Source of the DNA: a virus
Direction: 5' to 3' (one strand)
Virus record (IMG/VR): IMGVR_UViG_3300046779_001754
Span: 1-64,000 of that record
DNA length: 64,000 nt
Shown: positions 38,229-48,461 of the stretch, in pieces
Layout of the letters: each line of letters starts with the position of its first letter
Position numbering within the stretch: position 1 is the first letter of the stretch
Position numbers and translations under genes: made by a program
Notes under the pieces: model-generated
Seen by the model: the letters and a program-made list of their open reading frames with translations, nothing else
Told to the model about the DNA's origin: nothing
Database searches by the model: none

Positions 38229-39456
38229 CGTAATATGGTCCTTGGTAATGTATAAATTTTGCCAACAATGGTGCTACATCTACAAGACTTTGCTTCCGAA
38301 GTTTATCTAAGCAATCTATTTCATAAGTCAACGTTCCGCCACGACCGCAACCCATCCACCCTTCTCGCGAATACATAAAGTCTATTATTTTTTGCAGATC
38401 ATCAACAAACTGATCTGGTATTAACTTGTTTCGCAAATACATAGCTATGCGATCTTTTACTACATCAACAACATTAGCAATACACCATACCGGTGAATCG
38501 TGTAAGTAGTTCCAATAAACAAAATCCCAAGGAAACAAACTGGCCCAGGCAGCAATTTCATCAAAGTACGCTACATTCCATATGCTTATGGTACAGCACA
38601 ACTGTAGTTGAATATTCTTTGACTGGCGGCGTAGTGTTCTAAACTTATAAAGATTAGACAACACTTCATCCCACTTTGCATTGCTGCGTTGGTATTCAAA
38701 GCGAGCACCAATATCGTCAATGCTAAAGGCAATTTCAACTGTTTTAAAATGTGGCCAAAGTTCTATACCTCGCTCGGGATATTGTGTGCCATTGGTGTTG
38801 TAATGTATCTCAATGTTGCCAGCAACTCCGCGACCTACAAGTGTTTGCAGGAAATCAAAATGCTCGGCAATCATAAATGGTTCGCCGCCAGTAAACTCAA
38901 GGTAACGTATTTGATCAGCAATGTCACTGAGTTGCTGCCAGAAGTCTGGCGATTCCCTAGGCCAACGACCTTCTCGTAACATCTGATAAGCATAGGTTTG
39001 CTTTTTGTCCAGCGACATAACAGTGCCAATCTCTTCCGAGGCATAGGTACTTGAACTCCAAGGCCCGCAGATACGACATTTTAAATTACAGATATTTCCT
39101 AATTTGAGATCTAAAAAGATCAGATCCTTGGCATCTTCGGTCCATTCAGTGTCGCCAATTATATGCTCGAGTCGATTAAGGGTGTGTTGTCGCTTGGAGG
39201 TTCCGCCCGAGTCTTCGACCGCCCAGCAACGTTCACATGTTGATGGAAGTTGATTCGCAAGGAATTCCTGTCGGAGTTTTTGCATGTGACTGCTATTTCG
39301 TATTTGATCAAAGGTCGAGGTTTTAAGGTGGAATTTGTTGTTGTTGTCATCTACAATCTCATCTTTGGCTAGACAGCACGGGCGCACTGTTCCGATAGGT
39401 GATGTTTCTAAACTTACCCAAGGTAATATGCAAAATTTATCGTGTGGAATTTTCAT
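38215..39456 (-). CDS. radical SAM protein with N-terminal twitch/SPASM-like domain
   Basis: CILPW..PCC..CERC; CNLKCRIC; GGEP. Confidence 0.92.
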   Translation of the reverse strand: MKIPHDKFCILPWVSLETSPIGTVRPCCLAKDEIVDDNNNKFHLKTSTFDQIRNSSHMQKLRQEFLANQLPSTCERCWAVEDSGGTSKRQHTLNRLEHIIGDTEWTEDAKDLIFLDLKLGNICNLKCRICGPWSSSTYASEEIGTVMSLDKKQTYAYQMLREGRWPRESPDFWQQLSDIADQIRYLEFTGGEPFMIAEHFDFLQTLVGRGVAGNIEIHYNTNGTQYPERGIELWPHFKTVEIAFSIDDIGARFEYQRSNAKWDEVLSNLYKFRTLRRQSKNIQLQLCCTISIWNVAYFDEIAAWASLFPWDFVYWNYLHDSPVWCIANVVDVVKDRIAMYLRNKLIPDQFVDDLQKIIDFMYSREGWMGCGRGGTLTYEIDCLDKLRKQSLVDVAPLLAKFIHYQGPYYDDAA

Positions 39457-40738
39457 TTAACTCTGCTAACTCGGGTATCGTATCTAGTATATTTTCATTG
39501 CGCATTTGATCTAGTTGATGTGTGCGTTCCCAAAATTTAGTTTGTAAATGTGAGTTATCCTGTGCCATCATAAAGTTTATGGCGCTTTCAAAACCTTTGG
39601 TTGCACGTTGCAATGAATCGTGTGGTCTAAGCCACTCTAAATGTTCTTCAAATCTTGCTTTTAGTTGTTCTTTGTAGGCAGCACCGGCTATGTCAATTCT
39701 ATAAAATTCTGGATCTTGTAATATATTGACATTTAGATCTTGATGACGTATAAATCCACGCTCAACCCAGTTACGATGAAAGTCAGGTAAGTGCCATGCA
39801 TTCATAATACTCAACGTTGGTGAGATATAAAAATCAACTTGCGGACAGATACGAAGCATGTCTACTCTATTCTGCTCAATTTGATCCCAGTTGGATCCTT
39901 TGCGTATGTATTCTGCATAACCTTCGGCACCATCAAGACTTGCACCTACACTGACGCTGTCAAACAATTTCCAATATTCAAAAACACTGCGATCTTTTAA
40001 TTGAGTATGCGTAAAGTTTGTGTTGTAAACTAATCTAACGTGAAATAGACTGCGATTCACAAGTTCCTCAAGGATGCGATAGTGCTCATGCATCAAGAGT
40101 GGTTCGCCACCAGCAAAATAAATTTGTTCAACATAATCTAAGTGCGGTAACAGTTGGTTGATCATATCATCTTCGTCACGTCCAGCAATGTTTAGCACTT
40201 GATGATTTTTAGCCCATTCTGCTCCAGCAAGTTTGACCTGATCTTGATACCATTGACTTGAAAATATGTGTCCACAACTACGACATTTTAAATTGCAAAG
40301 ATTACTGAAACGTATATCCCAATAGGACATTTCAAATGTGTCAAGATGGCCGTCTTCGGATGTAGCATCAATTTTATGTATGTGATGACCATGATGTTTG
40401 TTAGCACTATTTCTTCCGCTGCGAAACCCAGCAGCTTCTTGTTCGTAACAGCGGCCACAAGCTCCGTTGGGACGATCGTTCAACATATTTTGTCGCAGCT
40501 TTCGCATGGGTTGATCGTTCCAGATTTCTTCTAGAGTATTGTTTTTTGCTGAACCCACTGGCGCCCACATTTCTGCCATACAACATGGAAACACTTCGCC
40601 AGTGGGATATGAGTGCAAGTGAATCCAAGGATAAATGCAAAAAGTTTTTGACTCAGTTAACATGTATACCTTGCGTTTGTCTAACGAATCAAGAGAAATG
40701 TTTACTGGATCGGTACTGTTATAATCAAATTTTTTCAT
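39437..40738 (-). CDS. radical SAM protein with N-terminal twitch/SPASM-like domain
   Basis: CIYPW..PCC..CGRC; CNLKCRSC; GGEP. Confidence 0.92.
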   Translation of the reverse strand: MKKFDYNSTDPVNISLDSLDKRKVYMLTESKTFCIYPWIHLHSYPTGEVFPCCMAEMWAPVGSAKNNTLEEIWNDQPMRKLRQNMLNDRPNGACGRCYEQEAAGFRSGRNSANKHHGHHIHKIDATSEDGHLDTFEMSYWDIRFSNLCNLKCRSCGHIFSSQWYQDQVKLAGAEWAKNHQVLNIAGRDEDDMINQLLPHLDYVEQIYFAGGEPLLMHEHYRILEELVNRSLFHVRLVYNTNFTHTQLKDRSVFEYWKLFDSVSVGASLDGAEGYAEYIRKGSNWDQIEQNRVDMLRICPQVDFYISPTLSIMNAWHLPDFHRNWVERGFIRHQDLNVNILQDPEFYRIDIAGAAYKEQLKARFEEHLEWLRPHDSLQRATKGFESAINFMMAQDNSHLQTKFWERTHQLDQMRNENILDTIPELAELNENSTR

Positions 40739-42059
40739 ACCAATCTTTCAAAGTATCAAATGTCTGTACAAAGGTTTTACTACGACGCTGATCATATTGT
40801 GTATAAAACTTTTTAAAATCTTGTTGTAGTATTGCTTGCTCAGCTGCACCGGCATGTGGAGTTTTAACAACATCAAGATAATCCACTAATCTTTGTAAGT
40901 GATTCCACTCGTGTTCGTGAAGGTAGCTGTGACCTTTATGACGTACCATGAATTGTGAAATCTGGTCTCGGTACTGTGTGCGAAGCTCGCCTGGCAATAC
41001 CAATGGACTTTGAAAGCTAGGGAATCGTAAAATATTTAACGTAAAACTCACTGCATCATGACCAAATTCTAATTTCCAGTTCACCACACATTCTAAAAAA
41101 TCAACCAAACTTTCCAAACACAGAGCATTGATGGTTGACATAATATGTAACCCACGCAGTCGGTCGCTGTGATTGTTTAGTATAAGTTCTACACTATTAG
41201 CCCAATCGTCCCACACCAATCCGTCTCTAATATACTCTGCATGAGCTCCGATAGATTCGTTACTAGTGTATAGGTCAATGGGTGTGTCCACACTATCAAA
41301 TAAGCGATTGATATCAACGTCGTTTCCTAGGTTTGAGTTAATTGCTAGTCTTGTTTTGCTCCGGCCTTGGTTTGCTCGGAACCAGTCAAGGAGTTGCCAG
41401 GTGTACCCAGACATGAGTGGCTCACCTCCGGTAATTCGGAGTTCGTCAAGTGTTCTGTGTAAGTCTGATTCCCACCAGGCAAAGAAGGCTTCGACATAAG
41501 GATTAATCTCACCGAATTTATAAAGTTGAGAATGATCATGAGTGTGAGTAAAATGGTTCCTACCATCGCTTTCCAGTCCCACATATGGGCCGTTGTTTCG
41601 TATATCCCGAACCCAAGTGCTACTAAAGGCAGGATTGCAATAACTACAAGCAAATTGGCAAGTACGATCAAAGCTAATTTCCAAGGTTTTGAGATTGACG
41701 TCTTGGTCCGCGGGTGTGTTGAATGCACGATCTAAGTCCTCCAAAGGATAAATTTTACTTTTGTACACACGATCACTTATGGCATTGCGATTCATGTCTT
41801 CTATTTTCCAACAATATTCACAACCTGCTGGACGTTCGCCACGTTGCATTTGTTCGCGGTCTTGCTTTTTTTGTGTGGTGTTGTGCAGTAACCCAGGGTT
41901 AGCACGGAGATTATCGGCCTCCACTAAATGAGCCGGTGGATGATGGCATGATGTGGTCATGCCTGAACCCAGCCAAATGGTCGCATTATACCACTTTGCT
42001 GCACAAAAACTTTTACTTTTAGTATCAAGTATCTGCTGTCGGAACTCTAAGTCGTTCAT
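40725..42059 (-). CDS. radical SAM protein with N-terminal twitch-like domain (CxHP subtype)
   Basis: CAAKW..SCHHP..CEYC; CQFACSYC; GGEP. Confidence 0.92.
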   Translation of the reverse strand: MNDLEFRQQILDTKSKSFCAAKWYNATIWLGSGMTTSCHHPPAHLVEADNLRANPGLLHNTTQKKQDREQMQRGERPAGCEYCWKIEDMNRNAISDRVYKSKIYPLEDLDRAFNTPADQDVNLKTLEISFDRTCQFACSYCNPAFSSTWVRDIRNNGPYVGLESDGRNHFTHTHDHSQLYKFGEINPYVEAFFAWWESDLHRTLDELRITGGEPLMSGYTWQLLDWFRANQGRSKTRLAINSNLGNDVDINRLFDSVDTPIDLYTSNESIGAHAEYIRDGLVWDDWANSVELILNNHSDRLRGLHIMSTINALCLESLVDFLECVVNWKLEFGHDAVSFTLNILRFPSFQSPLVLPGELRTQYRDQISQFMVRHKGHSYLHEHEWNHLQRLVDYLDVVKTPHAGAAEQAILQQDFKKFYTQYDQRRSKTFVQTFDTLKDWYEKI

Positions 42060-42762
42060 ATATTTTAATTAATTGTTTGGCTATGTGTTGATGCCCTTGC
42101 ACATTGGGATGACAATACCCGGGTTTTACATATTGATCTAAATAATAACTTTGCTCATTCCATTGCGAATTCGTTATTACTGGTCTATCACTGTCTACAA
42201 CAGTACCCGATTGATTGTCAATTAGGGGCATAATTAATTGCGAAATACATTGATCCCTGGGCAGTAACCAAGATTCTTTGGGAACTAGATCAATCATTGT
42301 GAGGGGTTCGGTAGTGAATAAATTCACAAACCAACATTTTACACCCAAACTCTGACACCAAAGCCATAGTAAGTTTACAGCACAATCATAATTGTACAGC
42401 CTTTGTGTTGGTGTGTCAAAATATTTGTACCATAAATTGGATTCTGCGTGTACATGAGCATTGTAGTTTGGTCCAGGAATAATTTGTTCTGGAATACCTT
42501 GCTCGTTAAAAATTGCTGTTCGGTGGCTTGCACTTAGGCAAAAGAATACCTGGTCATTGGCATCTAGCTGGTTGACAATTTTTGCAAATTTCCATGGGAT
42601 GATATCTGGGCTAGATCCAGATTCACCTAAATTAACACAGTCAGCAGAGTAATGATCGCTAAACAATTTTGCAAAAACATATTGCTTTCTTTCTGCATAC
42701 GCAACTGTGAGCTCTAGCTCGTCGCCAACTAACCAGCTATCACCAAACCAATAAAATTTCAT
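42025..42762 (-). CDS. SGNH/GDSL hydrolase-like protein
   Basis: FGDSW, NLGESGSS, HPNVQGHQHIA. Confidence 0.7.
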   Translation of the reverse strand: MKFYWFGDSWLVGDELELTVAYAERKQYVFAKLFSDHYSADCVNLGESGSSPDIIPWKFAKIVNQLDANDQVFFCLSASHRTAIFNEQGIPEQIIPGPNYNAHVHAESNLWYKYFDTPTQRLYNYDCAVNLLWLWCQSLGVKCWFVNLFTTEPLTMIDLVPKESWLLPRDQCISQLIMPLIDNQSGTVVDSDRPVITNSQWNEQSYYLDQYVKPGYCHPNVQGHQHIAKQLIKIYERLRVPTADT

Positions 42763-43916
42763 AGACCAATTCCGTGATAACGCATGAACTGCAAAAACTT
42801 TTCAGGAAATTCGCGACGTACAGTTTCGCGCATATTCCACAAGTGTTTTTGATTATAATCGCATATTGGCCTTGCTGCTGCTAAAAAATCAATTAAGTTT
42901 CTTTCGCTGCTGCACAAATCTTCAACAATATGTTGAATCCTAGTCAAACGATCTAGATCGTTATCTATGGTATCAAACGATTCATCAATGATGTTTTCAA
43001 AAGTTCTGAATCCTAACTTTCTAATGTCTCGATAATAACCAGCATTTGAAACCGCTATCCAAGGATGTCCAATTGCAATAGGTTTCCAAATTTTTTCTGT
43101 TCTAAAACTGTAAGGATAGTTAAAGATAGTTTCTGTCACAAGACTGAAATAGGTATCAATGTATGGTGTATGATGCACATAAACTTCGCCCCAGTCAAAC
43201 CCATTGCCATTGTTAAATAAATCTGCCTTGGCAAAGTTGTTAGTTGGTTCAACTGCTAAATTTGGTCTATAGCGAGGCACTTCGTAACCAGCATCAAGAT
43301 ATTTTATTTCAAGAGGTTCCAACATTAGATCAATGCCATTGTACATCAACTTCATGTTTTTATGTGATCTCCCCGAACTATCAAGATTAGACCATATTGC
43401 TTGATCCAGTAATCCACTTAGTTGAAAACTTTGCAACAAGAACTTTCTATGCGGACGAAACCTGCCGTTGAGAAATAAAAATTTAAAAGGTTTGTATATC
43501 TTGGTAAAAATATCATCTGTGTAATGATGTAATATTCGGTTTTCAGGTATATCAAAAATTTTGGGTAGAAAACTTTCGTAGGGCAAATGATGAAAGCGTG
43601 GTTCAATATCTCCGCCGCCAATCAACAACATTCGTCCTTGAGCAACATATTCATCTAATTTCAATGTAGTGATTTGCCACTTCAAAGTTTCAGATCCTTC
43701 GGTGGGATTACTCAACACTATAAGTGCCTGACCGCTTTCAATGACCTCTATCACTTTTACAATGTTGTGATTAACTTGCGCTCGCCCCAACACATACACA
43801 GCATTGTTGACAATTTCTTCATCGGCAAATTGATGAATCACATAATCTGTATAGGGCGTAAGCAAATCAGTTACTTCAGAGAACCCGTCAACAATTAGTT
43901 TTTTATGACCTATCAT
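42759..43916 (-). CDS. putative glycosyltransferase (GT10-like)
   Basis: ETIF...TEKIWKPI...GFRTF..IIDESFD. Confidence 0.55.
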   Translation of the reverse strand: MIGHKKLIVDGFSEVTDLLTPYTDYVIHQFADEEIVNNAVYVLGRAQVNHNIVKVIEVIESGQALIVLSNPTEGSETLKWQITTLKLDEYVAQGRMLLIGGGDIEPRFHHLPYESFLPKIFDIPENRILHHYTDDIFTKIYKPFKFLFLNGRFRPHRKFLLQSFQLSGLLDQAIWSNLDSSGRSHKNMKLMYNGIDLMLEPLEIKYLDAGYEVPRYRPNLAVEPTNNFAKADLFNNGNGFDWGEVYVHHTPYIDTYFSLVTETIFNYPYSFRTEKIWKPIAIGHPWIAVSNAGYYRDIRKLGFRTFENIIDESFDTIDNDLDRLTRIQHIVEDLCSSERNLIDFLAAARPICDYNQKHLWNMRETVRREFPEKFLQFMRYHGIGL

Positions 43917-44953
43917 ACAAATAAATTATCTTTTTTGGTGTGTTGCTCTTGAGCATACTCATAAAATCTATTGTGATTGTGTTCAAGTGCAGGCATCATT
44001 TCATAGTACAAATTCATGATGTCATTGCTAGTCAATGTAGTAAGATATTTGATTGCAGCAATCAATGTATCGTGTACTTGGTTTTCATTTATATCTTCAA
44101 ATTTAATACCAGGAAAATAGTGATTAAAAGTTCGGAACCCGTTGTCTCGCAACCAAGCATAGGTTCGAGTATTACCGTTTATCAAGAATGGACGTTTACC
44201 AATTATGGGTTTCCACTGTGTTTCACTAACAAAAATGTCATCCCAGGGCCAAAACTCTGTGGCACCTATGATATGTAAAAAGTGATTTTGCCAAACTTCT
44301 AAGTTATGTAAACTCAAAACGTCATGAGGTATACCAAACTCATCATCACTATACCAATGACCAGTGGATCTATAATCGTCAATTCGTTCGCCAATGCTAA
44401 AATATAAGTTGTTACTGGGATCCTGGTCGTAAATTACGTTAGGTTTACCAAGTGTAATTATGCCTACTTGATCTAATTTGTTTTCTACTAGTTTACGTAC
44501 AAACTCTACTCTATGTTGCCTAGGTTTACGATTGTAGTTACAATATAACCAACGCACAGACTTCAATGTGATATCTTCAACTGTGTAGGATTTAAAACTT
44601 GTTGCTAGTATTGGAGCAAAAAAATTATAGTGATACTTGGTATCAAAGTTGCCTATTTTAAACAAACAGGGATTACCTAGATGTCTGACAATTTCACTGA
44701 TTTGTTGAGGATTGATCATTGGTGGATCAACAGTGGCCAACAAAAACAAATTGTCAAAGGTTTTGTTAAGTTTTTGATAATCTACCCAAGAGTGATTTGG
44801 GAATTGTGGGCCAAACCAAGTAAGGTTAATGATTAGATTTTGTTTATCAGCAAAGTGTAGGTTAACTTGATTCTTGAGTGATTCAATGCACTGCATTTCG
44901 TGCATGCCCCAGAGACAGTCCTGGCTGAAGTGTGTTCCAATATAATCAAGCAT
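43913..44953 (-). CDS. putative glycosyltransferase (GT10-like, divergent)
   Basis: NRKPRQHR; FVSETQWKPIIGKRPF...GFRTF. Confidence 0.5.
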   Translation of the reverse strand: MLDYIGTHFSQDCLWGMHEMQCIESLKNQVNLHFADKQNLIINLTWFGPQFPNHSWVDYQKLNKTFDNLFLLATVDPPMINPQQISEIVRHLGNPCLFKIGNFDTKYHYNFFAPILATSFKSYTVEDITLKSVRWLYCNYNRKPRQHRVEFVRKLVENKLDQVGIITLGKPNVIYDQDPSNNLYFSIGERIDDYRSTGHWYSDDEFGIPHDVLSLHNLEVWQNHFLHIIGATEFWPWDDIFVSETQWKPIIGKRPFLINGNTRTYAWLRDNGFRTFNHYFPGIKFEDINENQVHDTLIAAIKYLTTLTSNDIMNLYYEMMPALEHNHNRFYEYAQEQHTKKDNLFV

Positions 44954-46319
44954 AACTTAACGCTCTGCATTCATTCCAGAATGTTGCCATCCCAGGAAAC
45001 ACTTCAAGAAAATAGTCTCGGTTCAGACCAACTGATCTACGATCATATTCATTGAAGAATCTATAAAAGTCTGCACGATCACGTTTTATTTGTTCGGGGT
45101 CTTGTGGTTCCTGCATCCAATCAAGTGCTCGCTGCATACGTTGTACTTCATAATCTTTAAATCCCACAAAACTGTTGTCAGGCATTAGATTTTGTTGCAT
45201 GAAGTCTATGTGTTGCTGCATGCGTCGTTGATAACTTTCAGGAAGTATCTGTAGGCTTTGCCAACGTGGTTGTCGCAGAACCGGAGTGTCAAACCATATG
45301 CGTTGATAGGTGTGACTGTATCTTGAGCGAAGTTCTAATATGTAATCCAACAATTGATCTAGGCCTACCACACTGAGATTGTTGAGTGTAATGATAAAAG
45401 TAAGACTGTTTTTTGCCGGCACTTCTTCAAGGTACTGATTGATGTTGACTAGAAACTGTGTGGGATTTAGGCCTCTGCGAATGTACGCAGCCTGTTGCCA
45501 GTCTCCGGTATCAACACTGACGTATTGCATAAAATGTTCAATCTGTGTGCTGCACAGACGCTTGACGTAATCGAGGTACTTTGTGAATACCTCCCCGGGC
45601 ACACTGAAGTTCGAAGTTACGTTTAGATGCAAATCTGGTTTAGGCACAGCCAATACGTAGTCAAAAACTCTGTAAGTGTTTCGATCTAGCAGTGGCTCGC
45701 CACCAGTCATGCGGAAGTGTTGTAGCCGTGGGTATAATGTTGGCCACCATGCCCAGAAGGCATCAAGATATGGATTATCTTCTCTATTAGCAAGAGCTCG
45801 TCGACGACCGGTAAAATGGGAAGGATCATTATGAACAGTGGAAGTGGGATATCCTCCGTAGCGTCTAACTTCATCATCCCAGCTACTGCTAAACTGAGGA
45901 CTACAATAGGAGCACTTAAGATTGCAAACATTACTGAAATTGACTTCAACATAGGTTGGTATGACATCTTCATCTCCGGTTAGATTTCTAGGATCCATTG
46001 CGGCCCAGGGTTCGCCTGAACGATAGTGGCGATCACTTAACTGTCCTAGATCTTCCATGTTCCAGCAATATTGACATTCTGCAGGACGCTCGTTGCGCAG
46101 CATAATTTTGCGCTGTGATTTTTTATGCGGTGTGTTATGTAACACACTGGGATTGTCGGCTAGTAGGGCAACATCTATTTCATGTAGCGGAGGATGATAA
46201 CAACTATTGGTCATACCCGTGGTTAGATGCAGACTAACTTGTTTCCATTTAGCATAACACATTGCAGGACCAAGTTCCTGTTGTTTTTGCTGTGCTGCAC
46301 TCATAAATTCACTGCTCAT
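44946..46319 (-). CDS. radical SAM protein with N-terminal twitch-like domain (CxHP subtype)
   Basis: CYAKW..SCYHP..CQYC; CNLKCSYC; GGEP. Confidence 0.92.
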   Translation of the reverse strand: MSSEFMSAAQQKQQELGPAMCYAKWKQVSLHLTTGMTNSCYHPPLHEIDVALLADNPSVLHNTPHKKSQRKIMLRNERPAECQYCWNMEDLGQLSDRHYRSGEPWAAMDPRNLTGDEDVIPTYVEVNFSNVCNLKCSYCSPQFSSSWDDEVRRYGGYPTSTVHNDPSHFTGRRRALANREDNPYLDAFWAWWPTLYPRLQHFRMTGGEPLLDRNTYRVFDYVLAVPKPDLHLNVTSNFSVPGEVFTKYLDYVKRLCSTQIEHFMQYVSVDTGDWQQAAYIRRGLNPTQFLVNINQYLEEVPAKNSLTFIITLNNLSVVGLDQLLDYILELRSRYSHTYQRIWFDTPVLRQPRWQSLQILPESYQRRMQQHIDFMQQNLMPDNSFVGFKDYEVQRMQRALDWMQEPQDPEQIKRDRADFYRFFNEYDRRSVGLNRDYFLEVFPGMATFWNECRALSYA

Positions 46320-47244
46320 TACGCACCTTTAAAAAATCTTCAAGTGCTAGACCCATTAAAGTCTCATAGTTATGGTCTAATATGTCATTCATCTCTTGAT
46401 ACATTGCATATATCTCTTGTGTTGTCTTTGATCCAAGATATTCAAGTACACGGCTTATTTCAATGGGTTGGTGATCTGCAGGATCTTCACTGTAACCTTC
46501 GTCCCACCAACGATCAAATGTTTTAAATCCCATTGTCTTGAGGTTCTGTAGAAAATTTTGCGGACCTTGCACGATAAAAGGAGTGCGCATCGCAATTGGT
46601 CTCCAGATTTTTTCTGTGCAAAAAAATGTACTACCAGTAAAATAAGTTTCACAGACTATTTCAATAAAAAACTTTGCGTAGTATTCGGCAATGTCTAAAT
46701 GATGGTTGACAAGTATCGGATACTCAGATATAGAATCTAAAGTGATCGGAGCTTGTTGCAAAAATTCTGCAACCAATGGTAACGACTCTGCTCCGTATCT
46801 ATCAGCAAGTTTATCTAGTCCTAGATTTGATTTGTGAAAAACACTGTTTGGTCGCCAATGAAATGTTTGCAGTGTAGGATACTGTGATGCTAGAGCTGAC
46901 AAATATAATCTTGGAGCGTTACTTCGCCCAATAAAGATGCCAAATGTTTTGGCATCATGTTCTTTACCCGTGTTACCATCAAGCTGTTGTGTTGATTCAA
47001 CAAAATGCATAGGCGGTTGATACACTGTGTTGGGCCATGCGTATTCCAATGCATTGGATGTCACAATCTGGATACTGTTGGCTGTGCTGTATCTCAGCAG
47101 AGATTCAATGCCAAGACTGTCAAGGCACGGGCCTTCTGCACAAAAATCTATAACAACGTCTTGGGTGGTCCGTAGTTCGGCTGCTAGCTCATCACGGTTC
47201 CAAACCACTTCATCACTGGTATAAACTTTAATAGTTTTAGGCAT
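46309..47244 (-). CDS. putative glycosyltransferase (GT10-like)
   Basis: ETYF...TEKIWRPI..PF...GFKTF..WDEGY. Confidence 0.55.
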   Translation of the reverse strand: MPKTIKVYTSDEVVWNRDELAAELRTTQDVVIDFCAEGPCLDSLGIESLLRYSTANSIQIVTSNALEYAWPNTVYQPPMHFVESTQQLDGNTGKEHDAKTFGIFIGRSNAPRLYLSALASQYPTLQTFHWRPNSVFHKSNLGLDKLADRYGAESLPLVAEFLQQAPITLDSISEYPILVNHHLDIAEYYAKFFIEIVCETYFTGSTFFCTEKIWRPIAMRTPFIVQGPQNFLQNLKTMGFKTFDRWWDEGYSEDPADHQPIEISRVLEYLGSKTTQEIYAMYQEMNDILDHNYETLMGLALEDFLKVRNEQ

Positions 47245-48142
47245 TGCCCTCTCGTATCATTATACCTAAATTTTTCCAATTGGCTTGATAGTGGTGTTTG
47301 AAAAACTTACTATCATTGCCCATGGTAAAATTCATAGGCAGCGAAAGTTGTGTTGCAAGATCATCAGCTAGTCTGCCTGCTAGTACATCAGCAGTTTGAT
47401 CTTTGACTGTATCCCATAGTTTAATTAATTCATCAAAGTCTTGTACCTGGCGATAATCCCAGTTGGTCAACATTGTCATGTATGTGCCCATTCTAGCGCC
47501 GGCAATGGCCCAATCACCATGCGGAACATCACGACCAATGTTATGCCATATTGTTAGGTTATCTAGATTACGTTGTGCTACAAGGTCTTGAAATTCACTG
47601 ACACTGGGTCTGCGCCCACGATCCAGGCACATCTTAACCCCTTCGCGGAATCCTGCACGCCAGGCCTGAAAGTCTGTGGAATTGATATGTGTAGTTGAAT
47701 AACAATCATGCATTGCCCAATAACGTGGATCAAAACAAAACTCTACCGCAGTTTCATCTGTACCGTCACTGGCTTCGTGGGTACGCATCGTCATAACAAA
47801 CTCTCGAGTCCAGCAACTTATACCTCCGTTGCCATACATCAGTCCATTAACACTATTCCTAGCACGCCAGCGGAATACACAATCGCGGTTGGTATCATCC
47901 AATACCAGCTGACATGAAAAAAAGCTAATATCAGGGATATTGTCACCATCAATGAGCACAAAACGATCAGTGGACGAACCCATCGCTGCCGCTTTGTGAG
48001 CGGCGTCTGACCCTTTAATACCATCCACTCGTCTTGCCCAGGGTACCATGTTCCGAACATGCACCCAATTTTCCTCAGCATTTGGTTCATCATAAGTTAA
48101 AAATATACAATCTAAATCTGCAATATCAATTGTTTGATTCAT
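47237..48142 (-). CDS. putative GT-A fold glycosyltransferase
   Basis: FLTYDEPNAEENW, LIDGDN (DxD), WRAGFREGVKM. Confidence 0.6.
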   Translation of the reverse strand: MNQTIDIADLDCIFLTYDEPNAEENWVHVRNMVPWARRVDGIKGSDAAHKAAAMGSSTDRFVLIDGDNIPDISFFSCQLVLDDTNRDCVFRWRARNSVNGLMYGNGGISCWTREFVMTMRTHEASDGTDETAVEFCFDPRYWAMHDCYSTTHINSTDFQAWRAGFREGVKMCLDRGRRPSVSEFQDLVAQRNLDNLTIWHNIGRDVPHGDWAIAGARMGTYMTMLTNWDYRQVQDFDELIKLWDTVKDQTADVLAGRLADDLATQLSLPMNFTMGNDSKFFKHHYQANWKNLGIMIREGNA

Positions 48143-48461
48143 GTGTTTTTATCATCCATTTTGTGGCATTGGGATAATCACCAACTAACAATATATTGTT
48201 GGGGTGACATGCTATACCAGTGCTTCCTGGCGTTAGCTTTTTACTGATTATTCGTTTATACTTTACAAGTTCACCGTTGACCACTTTTACATGTGGACTG
48301 CCAATAAAAAATGTTTCAGAATCTACAGTAATATAGTTACCAGGTAAATCCTCCATGGTATACAATATAGGATCTCCGTTGTCATCGTAGTACAAACGAT
48401 GTTGGGGTTTATCAACACCGGGTACTGCATGTAATATATGCCAAAATTCTTCGGGTGTCAT
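48126..48461 (-). CDS. hypothetical protein
   Basis: Start MTPEEFW by ATGA overlap. Confidence 0.65.
   Translation of the reverse strand: MTPEEFWHILHAVPGVDKPQHRLYYDDNGDPILYTMEDLPGNYITVDSETFFIGSPHVKVVNGELVKYKRIISKKLTPGSTGIACHPNNILLVGDYPNATKWMIKTHESNN

Noticed and set aside
36930-46319. Radical SAM genes as PqqE for the phage PqqA
   Set aside because: Wrong architecture (N-terminal auxiliary domain), no PqqD, and more than 20 kb away
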